From IMG/VR virus record IMGVR_UViG_3300017917_001616, positions 1 through 64,000 of that record: DNA of 64,000 nt; one strand, given 5' to 3'. The position numbers were made by a program, and so were the translations under genes. Below are positions 19,142 to 27,511 of this stretch, piece by piece (positions within the stretch are counted from its first letter, which is position 1; every line of letters begins with the position of its first letter). Source of the stretch: a virus. Below the pieces are notes generated by a model. That model had not been told where the DNA came from. It ran no database searches and saw only the letters and a program-made list of their open reading frames with translations.

Positions 19142-19244
19142 AATTTCCAGTCTTAGTTACTAGGATCTCTCAGTTAAAAGCTGTCCTAGTGTAAAGCAAT
19201 GTCCTAAATGGCTTGCTTCTAAGGTAGCTGGAAAGCCAACAGTT

Positions 19245-19335
19245 GGACACTTGGCAGAGATGGATTATTGCACCGGTCTTGAAAACCGACGACGCTGAAA
19301 GGCGTCCCAGGGTTCGAATCCCTGAGTGTCCGCCA
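19245..19335 (+). tRNA. tRNA-Ser(TGA)
   Basis: Loop CTTGAAA, long V arm, G73, CCA. Confidence 0.92.
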
Positions 19336-19341
19336 TAAATT

Positions 19342-19415
19342 GGCCCTATGGTATATGGGTATTACACTAGGCTGTCTACCTGGTGAACGGGGTTCGAGTC
19401 CCCGTAGGGTCGCCA
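19342..19415 (+). tRNA. tRNA-Asp(GTC)
   Basis: Loop CTGTCTA, G73, CCA. Confidence 0.9.
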
Positions 19416-19616
19416 AGATACTTGAGTGTTAGTAAGTGAAAGGTGCAACAGTTTAGCGGCTGTTGTAACAAGGAGATATGCAATCCTCCGAGTAACTGTA
19501 ATAACGGACCCCAAGGACGCAAGTCCATAACTGCACGGCCGAAAATTTGCAGATAATGCTGTTGATGTTGTGGCAACAGGCTCAAGTAATAAAATAAAAA
19601 AAAGATAAAAAAAGTG

Positions 19617-19689
19617 TTGACAATGACAACAACACATACTATATTAAGAACATAAGCAGCAAACGTGTTGTTTATGCGCTCTTTGAAAA
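19617..19689 (+). promoter_or_regulatory. Sigma70 promoter, hairpin and boxA-like element
   Basis: TTGACA-17-TATATT, hairpin 19652-19675, CGCTCTTTGAAAA at 19677. Confidence 0.7.
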
Positions 19690-19699
19690 TTTGGTAAAC

Positions 19700-19884
19700 A
19701 CTGTGTTTAAAACTAACACGATACTAGATACTGTGTATAATGCACCGTTGGTTAGTGACCAGGTATTAGTAGGCTGAACAGCGTTGGGACGCAACTGTCG
19801 CAAAGACAGGAGGACTGGTTCGATTCCAGCAGTAGCAATTTACTCTCGAGGTGGGTTGCTTATTGTGTTAGTTTTAAACACAGT
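19700..19884 (+). ncRNA. Stem-enclosed RNA cassette with T-arm
   Basis: 24-bp terminal stem with one G-U; internal ctgg-ttcgatt-ccag. Confidence 0.6.
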
Positions 19885-19889
19885 ATAAC

Positions 19890-20746
19890 ATGGGCGGTAT
19901 AGCGTCCGACTTAAGGGTAAGTGCAGTAATGCACCCAAAGCAAGGTTTCCTATAAACTTGCGCTGTAGCAATACAGTCCATCTATGCAAGCCTGAACTAG
20001 AGTTGACTCGGTTATCCGAAAGCAACTCCCGTCCGTAGAAAGGCGGTAGGCAGTAAGTTAGGAATGGTGTCCGAAAGGATAGTCGCAGAGCCAGTCGGTG
20101 AGCGATAAGAGGGTTGGCGCCCAAACACCGTTCAGCCAAACTAACGAATGCTGAAAGTTAACAGGTAGCTACAGAGTCTGAGCCCGCAAGCAAAGGCATG
20201 GTAGCATCTTGAGAGTGGAAGGGTTAGGCCCCGGATACTTGAAAAGACGTTGAGTAGTCCGCAAGACGAAAGACAGTTGGTGTGTTGTATTCTGTATCTA
20301 ACAAGATATGGAGCAACTGGGGCAGCACATCGAAGTAGGTTCGCAATATTGCATAACGGTAATGCAATCGTATTATCAAACGACAGACTGTGGGTTCGAT
20401 TCCCACTGTTGCACACAAAAGCGAAAGACTGTCCCGGTATACTACGAAAGGTGGTTAATGCCACACTCGAAAGAGAATGTGGTCTACAGATGCTCGCAAG
20501 GCGGACGTAGTTGTTCGGAAAGATAGCGTAACTTCTTAGCGGAAGTGAACTGCTCGCAAGGCAGGCGAAGGATAGAAGGACGAGTAGTAGTATGCGACGA
20601 GAGAAACGCCACTCTCCAAAAAAGGCACCACTGGAAGATACAGGATGACCGTAAAAGGCTCCTGTGGATAACGAGAGAACGTGGCTCGCAAGGCTAACGG
20701 TAATGCTCAAAGGCTTCCATCCTATGCTGTAATCTCAAGCTAGGCA
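19890..20746 (+). ncRNA. Large ornate ncRNA, GOLLD-like, with a nested tRNA-like element (20342-20413)
   Basis: About 860 nt, GC-richer, no credible ORF, many GNRA-capped hairpins (gcaa, gaaa), located among tRNAs; boundaries approximate. Confidence 0.6.
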
Positions 20747-20851
20747 AAACATTACGTTTTGATGATACACATATATACTAACAGAGGCTTAGTCCGGAGA
20801 GCGTTATGCCAAGTTTATGTGTATCTTCTAAGCGTAAAATAAATACTTTAC

Positions 20852-20927
20852 GGGCTCTTAGCTCAGTTGGGAGAGCGGTAGCTTTGCAAGCTTCAGGTCA
20901 GCGGTTCGATCCCGCTAGGGTCCACCA
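20852..20927 (+). tRNA. tRNA-Ala(TGC)
   Basis: G3-U70, loop TTTGCAA, CCA. Confidence 0.93.
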
Positions 20928-20934
20928 AAATAAT

Positions 20935-21009
20935 GCGGGTGTAGCTCAGGGGTAGAGCGGCTGCTTGCCAAGCACCAGGTCACGGGTTCGAATCCCGTTA
21001 CCCGCTCCA
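20935..21009 (+). tRNA. tRNA-Gly(GCC)
   Basis: Loop TTGCCAA, U73, CCA. Confidence 0.93.
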
Positions 21010-21063
21010 AGTTAGGTTTTCGGTTAAGCCATTTAAAACCGTAAATGTATGTGAGAGGACAAT

Positions 21064-21318
21064 ATGAAAACTTTAGAAGAAAAAGAACAGTTTTACACTA
21101 AATGTGGAGAACTATTGGGAATAGAACACGTTTACACTACACCGGTTCCTAGACGTAACAGATGGAATACAAGACGATTAGGTAACGGTCGGTATCCCGG
21201 GTTTGGGTTGATACACTGTTATGGTAGTAGTGTGCGAGTTATGAGTAAACACGGAACACGTATGTTTAGCTCATACGAAGCGGTATATGAATATTTGTTA
21301 AAAGTTTTGCCCTTATAG
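21064..21318 (+). CDS. Hypothetical protein; stop codon lies inside tRNA-Thr
   Basis: GAGGA SD, 84 aa. Confidence 0.65.
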   Translation: MKTLEEKEQFYTKCGELLGIEHVYTTPVPRRNRWNTRRLGNGRYPGFGLIHCYGSSVRVMSKHGTRMFSSYEAVYEYLLKVLPL

Positions 21319-21384
21319 CTCAGCTGGTAGAGCATCTGATTTGTAATCAGAGGGTCGGGAGTTCAAGTCTCTCTGGGGGCACCA
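21309..21384 (+). tRNA. tRNA-Thr(TGT)
   Basis: Loop TTTGTAA, CCA. Confidence 0.93.
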
Positions 21385-21390
21385 AAATTT

Positions 21391-21466
21391 GGCTCGGTAG
21401 CAAAAGCGTCGAATGCGTGATCTTGCAAAGATCGAGGTGGTGGTTAAAGTCCATCCTGAGCCTCCA
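21391..21466 (+). tRNA. tRNA-Cys(GCA), atypical D and T loops
   Basis: Loop TTGCAAA, U73, CCA; T-loop TTAAAGT. Confidence 0.75.
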
Positions 21467-21476
21467 AAAACTAAAT

Positions 21477-21560
21477 GGTCGGTGGCCCGGATGGTAAGGG
21501 GATGGACTGCAACTCCATAGCACTGCAAAGTAATGTGTTCGATTCACATACCGACCTCCA
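21477..21560 (+). tRNA. tRNA-Cys(GCA) with long variable arm
   Basis: Loop CTGCAAC, extra arm act-gcaa-agt, U73, CCA. Confidence 0.82.
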
Positions 21561-21579
21561 AGTTTTTATAAATATATGT

Positions 21580-21969
21580 ATGAAGATATTTGAGATCACA
21601 GCAAAACTTGTAAACAAGTATTATCCAGAGCCGGATGAGACTGAAGTTGGGTCTGATGTAAAGAATGTAAGAAATGAAGTAAATCGAGTTGTTACATTGC
21701 CAATGAATCAAATTAAGTCTAGATTCGAAGGCGACGATAAAGCAGATCCTGCGTGGACTACAGCTAGAGCAAATATCGAAAACATTAAAAAACAAATTAA
21801 AAAAGATGTCAAACAGCTACCTCCAATAGTTGTGAGAAGGCTTCCAAGAGAAAATACGTATCAAGTAATAGATGGTCACCATCGTTACTTTGCATTTCGT
21901 GAAATGAATATTAAACTTATACCAGCTATAATACTAAATGCTGGACAAGTTACTGGTGACAAATATTAA
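21580..21969 (+). CDS. ParB/Srx N-terminal (ParBc-like) domain protein
   Basis: PPIVVR...YQVIDGHHR motif; TAAATA upstream; MKIFEI start. Confidence 0.8.
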   Translation: MKIFEITAKLVNKYYPEPDETEVGSDVKNVRNEVNRVVTLPMNQIKSRFEGDDKADPAWTTARANIENIKKQIKKDVKQLPPIVVRRLPRENTYQVIDGHHRYFAFREMNIKLIPAIILNAGQVTGDKY

Positions 21970-21978
21970 AAATACAAT

Positions 21979-22055
21979 GCGGATGTAGGCCAATTGGTAG
22001 AGTCGCTGCGCTTAGAACGCAGATGTTGGGGGTTCGAGTCCCTCCATCCGCACCA
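21979..22055 (+). tRNA. tRNA-Leu(TAG), short variable loop
   Basis: Loop CTTAGAA, A73, CCA. Confidence 0.88.
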
Positions 22056-22063
22056 AAGGTTGA

Positions 22064-22138
22064 TGGGAAGTAGTTCAGTGGTAGAATAACTGACTTTGAA
22101 TCAGCAGGTCGGAGGTTCGAGCCCTCCCTTCCCAACCA
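22064..22138 (+). tRNA. tRNA-Gln(TTG)
   Basis: U1-A72, loop CTTTGAA, CCA. Confidence 0.92.
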
Positions 22139-22146
22139 AAAAATAT

Positions 22147-22223
22147 CCGAGTGTAGCTCAGTTTGGTAGAGCGCCTGGTTTGGGACCAGGATGTCGTGGG
22201 TTCAAATCCTGCTACTCGGACCA
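22147..22223 (+). tRNA. tRNA-Pro(TGG)
   Basis: Loop TTTGGGA, CCA. Confidence 0.92.
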
Positions 22224-22519
22224 ATAAATTGTAGTGTTGAGCAACGACAACAAGACTGCTACAGCGGTCTACTACATTCGGTAAGCGGGACCGTTCGTTG
22301 TAACAGCCAAACAAGACGACCGAAGTAAACTAGTTTAGACCTAGCGAAAAGGGCCAGCTGCCTGTGACGTGCATTCCGGGGTTAGAGAAGCTGGGGATAT
22401 GGTTTCGGTGTTTACCTGAACAAAATATACTGTGGAATGTCGTTTTCTGTCTAAGAATAATCTGTTACAACGAAATAGTAACTCCGGATGATAGTAACCG
22501 GTTTATATAGAGATTCAAT

Positions 22520-22594
22520 GCGGGTGTAACTCAGAGGTAGAGTGTCAGCCTTCCAAGCTGTTCGTCGAGGGTTCGATTCCCTTCGCCCGCTCCA
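22520..22594 (+). tRNA. tRNA-Gly(TCC)
   Basis: Loop CTTCCAA, U73, CCA. Confidence 0.93.
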
Positions 22595-22598
22595 AATT

Positions 22599-22673
22599 GC
22601 CGGTGTAGCTCAGTGGTAGAGCGACGGTCTCCAAAACCGTGCGTAGTGGGTTCGATTCCTACCTCCGGCGCCA
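22599..22673 (+). tRNA. tRNA-Trp(CCA)
   Basis: Loop CTCCAAA, G73, CCA. Confidence 0.93.
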
Positions 22674-22924
22674 AACTTGGGAGTTAGCCGCCCAAAACCA
22701 GTGTCAACGACTTCTCATACAACTTGACACTCTAATAAACTTTTGTATCTGAGACGAGGCCATCTGCGTAGTGATGGCAGGCGTTGGTTGTGTTGGTCTT
22801 GAAAGAAACGCAACGGGTATTGATGCATGCCTAAGGAAAGGGTTGGCCCCCAGCATCGACTATTTTATGACCTAGCGTCACTGTATTGGTCTAGTCACCC
22901 TTATACACCTAGGTCTTCTTATTT

Positions 22925-22999
22925 GCGCCCTTGGACAAGATGGATTGTCAGAGGATTCTAACCCTTAGTAGACGGGATCGTTACCCGTAGGGCGCACCA
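22925..22999 (+). tRNA. Atypical tRNA; anticodon CTA (amber suppressor) in canonical register, TCT (Arg) in shifted register
   Basis: Perfect acceptor, D and T stems; weak anticodon stem around TTCTAAC; CCA. Confidence 0.7.
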
Positions 23000-23128
23000 A
23001 ATATTTCTGGGTTATCCGAGACAATCTCCGCCACGGGCGGCTTGGCTGTTTATAAGTCTAGCAAAGCTAGTTAGATACTATAGGACATAGACGGTAACTT
23101 GGGGCGCTATAAATAAAAGGAGCAATAC

Positions 23129-23305
23129 ATGAGAATGACCAAAGAAGAAATTGAAACCGCAGTTCGAGTTTGGCCAGCTAATGTAAAGGCTCCGATAACT
23201 CGAGACGAACAAATACAACTAATTATTACAGCACGTGAACGTCACGCTGCTAACAGAGAAAAAATTCGACAACTTTTAAAGGAGAATAATAATGTCGTAG
23301 ATTGA
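23129..23305 (+). CDS. Small hypothetical protein (58 aa)
   Basis: TATAAATA and AAGGAG SD upstream. Confidence 0.55.
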   Translation: MRMTKEEIETAVRVWPANVKAPITRDEQIQLIITARERHAANREKIRQLLKENNNVVD

Positions 23306-23885
23306 ATATGCTTGTAAGGAACTAGTTTTCCATTTCAACAAAAAACACTTAGAAGATGATACTATCCCGATGTGGGTTATCAAGTTTCGTGGTGAAACAT
23401 ATTATGTTAACCATGTAGATTGCAGCGTTCCGTGGTCAACCAAAGAAACGCCAGATAACAATCACACCAAAGGCAGTATTAAAGTTAAAAACTGCTTAGT
23501 AGTAATTGATGATTCAAACACAGCAATTATTACACCATTGACTGAAGCAGATAAGAAAAAACTCGAAAGTAAGAAAAAATTTACACGTATTATTACTAGC
23601 TATGGTGCAAAGTTGAAGGCAGCAATCAACGACTTAGGACTTGAAACTGGTTATATTAAAAAAGCAGGCGGTGGCTGTAGCACGTTATGGTTCATCACCG
23701 AGTTGTATAATTACGATGAGTTTTTTCAACTTAAGTTTGCTATGACAGGCACAGACTTGCGAGTGTTAAAAGAAAACGAAGACTACTTCAAAGCGTATGG
23801 TTCATCAACAGATGACCAAGAATATATCGACGACGAAGAAGATTTGTATGATGACGAGGATTACGAATCATTATACGAAACTTAG
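23292..23885 (+). CDS. Hypothetical protein; probable true start 23292 with in-frame TAG at codon 3 (ORF track starts at 23370)
   Basis: AAGGAG SD before ATG TCG TAG ATT GAA...; frame continues open into 23370-23885. Confidence 0.6.
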
Positions 23886-23967
23886 ACTACAAACGTAGCA
23901 GTAACTAGGTTACTGCCCGTATAAAACCCCCGCTGTGATCCCGAGATAAGAACACAGAGGACCAGCA

Positions 23968-23993
23968 CCCCACGCTTTCGAGCGTGGGTTTTT
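23968..23993 (+). terminator. Rho-independent terminator
   Basis: cccacgct-ttcg-agcgtggg followed by TTTTT. Confidence 0.75.
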
Positions 23994-24068
23994 GCGGGAT
24001 TAGCTCAGTGGTAGAGCCGCTCGTTTACACCGAGAAGGTCGGGAGTTCGAACCTCTCATCCCGCACCA
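23994..24068 (+). tRNA. tRNA-Val(TAC)
   Basis: Loop TTTACAC, CCA. Confidence 0.92.
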
Positions 24069-24090
24069 ATTATTTTTATGGACGTTATAT

Positions 24091-24717
24091 ATGGTTAAAA
24101 TGACTTGTTACTCGGATGTTCCTGGATGGGGAGATTTTCCGATAGTATACCGTGATTTAGTTGCGTCACTGCCTGCTAACGCTAGTATACTTGAATTAGG
24201 TGTTGGGTTTGGACGTGGAACATGGACAATGCTCGACGCAATGACGGATACCATGTCACTTTATATAATTGATAGTTTTAATGCAGTAGACACAGTAGAT
24301 TTGTGGGAAAATTATTTCGAAACAGGTAGTCCGGTAACACTAAGTCGGGAAAATATATTAGAGTATGGAAATATGACTAAAATATATAACCACTACGAAA
24401 TCTTTTTACATAATATATGTCAACACACACGTTACTCTCAAATACAAGCAATACATGCTATATCAAGCGACGAGTATATTGCTTCGAATTTTAAGAATGA
24501 TTTTGATCTTGTATTCCTAGACGGCGAGCATTCATATGAAGCTGTAAAGCAAGAACTTGAATACTTTAAAAATTCTGGCATAATTTCTGGACATGACTAC
24601 AATATTGAAACTTGGCCGGGTGTAATACAAGCGGTAACCGAATTTCTTGATAGTAACCCCGATCGGTATTTAAAAGTATACGAAGAAAATGAAGTATTTG
24701 TGATTTGCCGTCGTTAA
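24091..24717 (+). CDS. Class I SAM-dependent methyltransferase (Methyltransf_24-like)
   Basis: ILELGVGFGR, FLDGEHSYE, ISGHDY...WPGV motifs. Confidence 0.85.
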   Translation: MVKMTCYSDVPGWGDFPIVYRDLVASLPANASILELGVGFGRGTWTMLDAMTDTMSLYIIDSFNAVDTVDLWENYFETGSPVTLSRENILEYGNMTKIYNHYEIFLHNICQHTRYSQIQAIHAISSDEYIASNFKNDFDLVFLDGEHSYEAVKQELEYFKNSGIISGHDYNIETWPGVIQAVTEFLDSNPDRYLKVYEENEVFVICRR

Positions 24718-24755
24718 ACTGAATAATAAATAGTTTTAATTACGGAGATTACAAT

Positions 24756-25619
24756 ATGGTCTATCATTTAGAAAATTCTATCTGGAATAAAAAAAATCAT
24801 CCAGAAGGACTTTCGCTGCCTATGATCGAAGATTTACCTAGGGTCAACTTATTATTAAAGCCTGCAATAGAAAGAAAGGCAAAAGACAAGATTGTTATTG
24901 ACCTTGGGTGCGGCAGCGGATTATTGGGACTATATGCTTTTGACTACGGTGCAAAATTTGTTTATTTTGTTGAACAAGACCCTTTCATGATTGATACATT
25001 ACGTAACAGTTTGCCTAAAATACTAGATCCTAACAAATTTAAAATTATTCATAAGTATGCACAAGACTTAACTTATGATGATTTTGATTGTGGCGAACCA
25101 GAGTTATGTGTTAGTGAGTTACAAGGGCCGCAACTGTATGACGAAGGTTGCTATCAATGCACAATTCCTATACGAAGCATGTATCAAAACTTAGTATTCA
25201 TACCAGAAGTGTATCGACTCGATATCATTGAATCAGATGTAGACTATAGCAAATGGCCGTGGCCTCAAAGCGAAACACGTTTGTTAGAGCATTACAAATA
25301 TATGTATTCTAAAATAGGTTGGACAAATGGGTTTATCGGATTAGACCGTCCTATCGAATTAGTAAATCCGAAAAAAATAGGTGAGCTTGTATACGACACA
25401 AGATCTGGTATTTTTAAAAACACATTTTCTACTGTTATTACTGCGCCAGAAGGCAAAATGATTAACATGTTTGGTTTTTGCCAATCTGACGAATTAGAAA
25501 ATGTTACAACTAAATTTGGTTGGTATGTTTATCCCAGACAGGAACAGATGTTATTGACAGTTCATAATCCCAATACAGCTATTGATTCTAGGATTATGTT
25601 TTCTTTAGCATTACAATGA
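24756..25619 (+). CDS. SAM-dependent methyltransferase, PRMT-like
   Basis: M..D..R, VIDLGCGSGLL, GAK.VY.VE, SE..G..L.DEG double-E-like loop. Confidence 0.7.
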   Translation: MVYHLENSIWNKKNHPEGLSLPMIEDLPRVNLLLKPAIERKAKDKIVIDLGCGSGLLGLYAFDYGAKFVYFVEQDPFMIDTLRNSLPKILDPNKFKIIHKYAQDLTYDDFDCGEPELCVSELQGPQLYDEGCYQCTIPIRSMYQNLVFIPEVYRLDIIESDVDYSKWPWPQSETRLLEHYKYMYSKIGWTNGFIGLDRPIELVNPKKIGELVYDTRSGIFKNTFSTVITAPEGKMINMFGFCQSDELENVTTKFGWYVYPRQEQMLLTVHNPNTAIDSRIMFSLALQ

Positions 25620-25625
25620 AATTAT

Positions 25626-25699
25626 GCCGGTATAGCTGAGTGGTTTAGCAGCTGATTAGTAATCAGCCGACGGGAGTTCGATTCTCTCTACCGGCACCA
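25626..25699 (+). tRNA. tRNA-Thr(AGT)
   Basis: Perfect stem gctga/tcagc around loop TTAGTAA, CCA. Confidence 0.88.
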
Positions 25700-25717
25700 A
25701 TACTAAATACATGATAC

Positions 25718-26530
25718 ATGTTTGTAAAGGAATCGGCAATGGGTGTAAAATTTGTAATAGGGTTAACAGATGTAACAATACATGAATCGTTTTATCCGAC
25801 TCCGGACGTTGTTAACACATATCAAGGTCCCGCAGATCAATTTGAAAAAGTGGCATATTATGTTTTACAAAATAATAACGCTTCAATTGAGAAAGCATCG
25901 ATAGAATGGACATTGGATACAACTCTTCCTGCTGTCAATACTGTGTTAGATATCATTGATACTGTAAAAATATCGCCCTTAAATGTTACACACATATATG
26001 CTCACAAGTATACACAAGAAGTATTGCCTAGTTTGTTTGACACAGACTTTATCATTGAAATGAAAAATTTGGTCCCAGTGGATGGGTTAGTGTTCCCTGA
26101 GTATACTAGTGTTGATTATGATAATATTTCAACAAACAAACCTCCGATGTATTGCAGTTTAGAATTAGACGGCACATGTGCTACATTAACAAGTCAGGTT
26201 GAAGATGCACAAACACTTGCATACGCTATGTTTAACAATGATTTATCATATTTGGTTAACGGGCCTATGATAAAATATGTTTATCCTACGTTTAGGGTAA
26301 ATTTTAGACATAATGGAGAAACAGTGTTAAACAAATCTATGTCAGTGCAACAAACACAATGGATGCGTGATAACAAAGATTTTCTTGAATCTAAAGGATA
26401 TTTCGAGTCTGATAATAAAAACAAATTAGGATCTCTTGTGATAGGTCAACTTGTAGGTAGCTATCAAGATGCATTTGCAAAAGCACAACAGTATACCAGA
26501 ATTTGCAGAGTTGAAATAATAAGGGATTAA
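25718..26530 (+). CDS. Hypothetical protein (paralog of the next ORF)
   Basis: KFVIGLTDV...EKASIEW...RICR. Confidence 0.7.
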   Translation: MFVKESAMGVKFVIGLTDVTIHESFYPTPDVVNTYQGPADQFEKVAYYVLQNNNASIEKASIEWTLDTTLPAVNTVLDIIDTVKISPLNVTHIYAHKYTQEVLPSLFDTDFIIEMKNLVPVDGLVFPEYTSVDYDNISTNKPPMYCSLELDGTCATLTSQVEDAQTLAYAMFNNDLSYLVNGPMIKYVYPTFRVNFRHNGETVLNKSMSVQQTQWMRDNKDFLESKGYFESDNKNKLGSLVIGQLVGSYQDAFAKAQQYTRICRVEIIRD

Positions 26531-26536
26531 TATTAC

Positions 26537-27298
26537 ATGCTAAAATTTGTAGTAGGCTTAACAGATGTAGTTGATTACGAAGGGTTTGTATACAACGAGT
26601 CAAACAAAGATGATCCAGGTGTATATTACAACATACGTAAAGCATCTGTAGAAATAGAAAAAGCAAAATTAGAATGGAAGATATACACAGATATTGATGC
26701 TGCTAAAAATTCCATTATGCTTTGGGAAAAAATAATAAGAATACCTCATTTGTGCATGATCGGTTCTCATTCACAAGAATACAAGTTTTATCCAGAGTTT
26801 AAAGAATATAATTTTTCTATCTCTTATGTTAACTTATTGCCAATGGGATTAGAATACGTAAAGAAGTTTACAGATGATGATTATGATAAGTGTAATGGCG
26901 AACCTGACTTTGGAGATCTATGTATACATATGTGCGAAGACATAAACGGGTTACCACAGCACGATTCTAATATTATCGGTGCCTTTAGTGCAAATGATAT
27001 AAATTTGTTACCGGATGCATCAATAAGAGGTGATGTATTACCTAGATACTTTATTAATTTTCCGTTACGTGGAAATTCAAAACCAAATCGTTGGATCAAG
27101 CAAGCAAATTTTGCAGAGTTTGTTGACAACAATAAAGAAACCATCATATCAAAAGGGTATGATATAAGTTCTAATAGAATCGAAAATTATGGTCCTATTA
27201 CAATTGGTAAACTGCTTAACGACCCAAACGAAACTTACGATTTCTTAACAAAATATCCGAGGATATGCAGAACAAGTTTTGTCCAAACAGAAGAATAA
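26537..27298 (+). CDS. Hypothetical protein (paralog of the previous ORF)
   Basis: KFVVGLTDV...EKAKLEW...RICR. Confidence 0.7.
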   Translation: MLKFVVGLTDVVDYEGFVYNESNKDDPGVYYNIRKASVEIEKAKLEWKIYTDIDAAKNSIMLWEKIIRIPHLCMIGSHSQEYKFYPEFKEYNFSISYVNLLPMGLEYVKKFTDDDYDKCNGEPDFGDLCIHMCEDINGLPQHDSNIIGAFSANDINLLPDASIRGDVLPRYFINFPLRGNSKPNRWIKQANFAEFVDNNKETIISKGYDISSNRIENYGPITIGKLLNDPNETYDFLTKYPRICRTSFVQTEE

Positions 27299-27338
27299 TT
27301 TTTTTTGTGTAATACGTCTAAATTGTCAAAGAAAACGG

Positions 27339-27367
27339 TTGACGAAGATAAATAAAAGCACTATATT
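27339..27367 (+). promoter_or_regulatory. Sigma70 promoter with a late TAAATA box embedded in its spacer
   Basis: TTGACG-aagataaataaaagcac-TATATT. Confidence 0.75.
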
Positions 27368-27395
27368 ACTAACATAAGCAAAAGGAAATCAAGAG

Positions 27396-27485
27396 ATGAC
27401 TCACAATACTAAACACATGATTAGCATTAAGCGTTTTGAACGCCACGAGTATCTCTTTGGATTCTCGGAGGGTTATAGCGGATAA
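27396..27485 (+). CDS. Putative attenuator leader peptide 2 (MTHNTKHMISIKRFERHEYLFGFSEGYSG, 29 aa)
   Basis: AAGGA SD, own promoter, terminator 26 nt after the stop, two segments complementary to the terminator. Confidence 0.78.
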   Translation: MTHNTKHMISIKRFERHEYLFGFSEGYSG

Positions 27486-27511
27486 GTGTATATACACATA
27501 AACGCAATGAC

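Noticed and set aside
18557-20710. ORF-track proteins overlapping tRNAs and the large RNA (e.g. 20141-20710 minus, 19840-20139 minus; likewise 29372-29698 beyond its first ~45 codons and 32049-32363)
   Set aside because: They lack SD sequences or phage-like codon usage and overlap clear RNA genes; treated as shadow ORFs.
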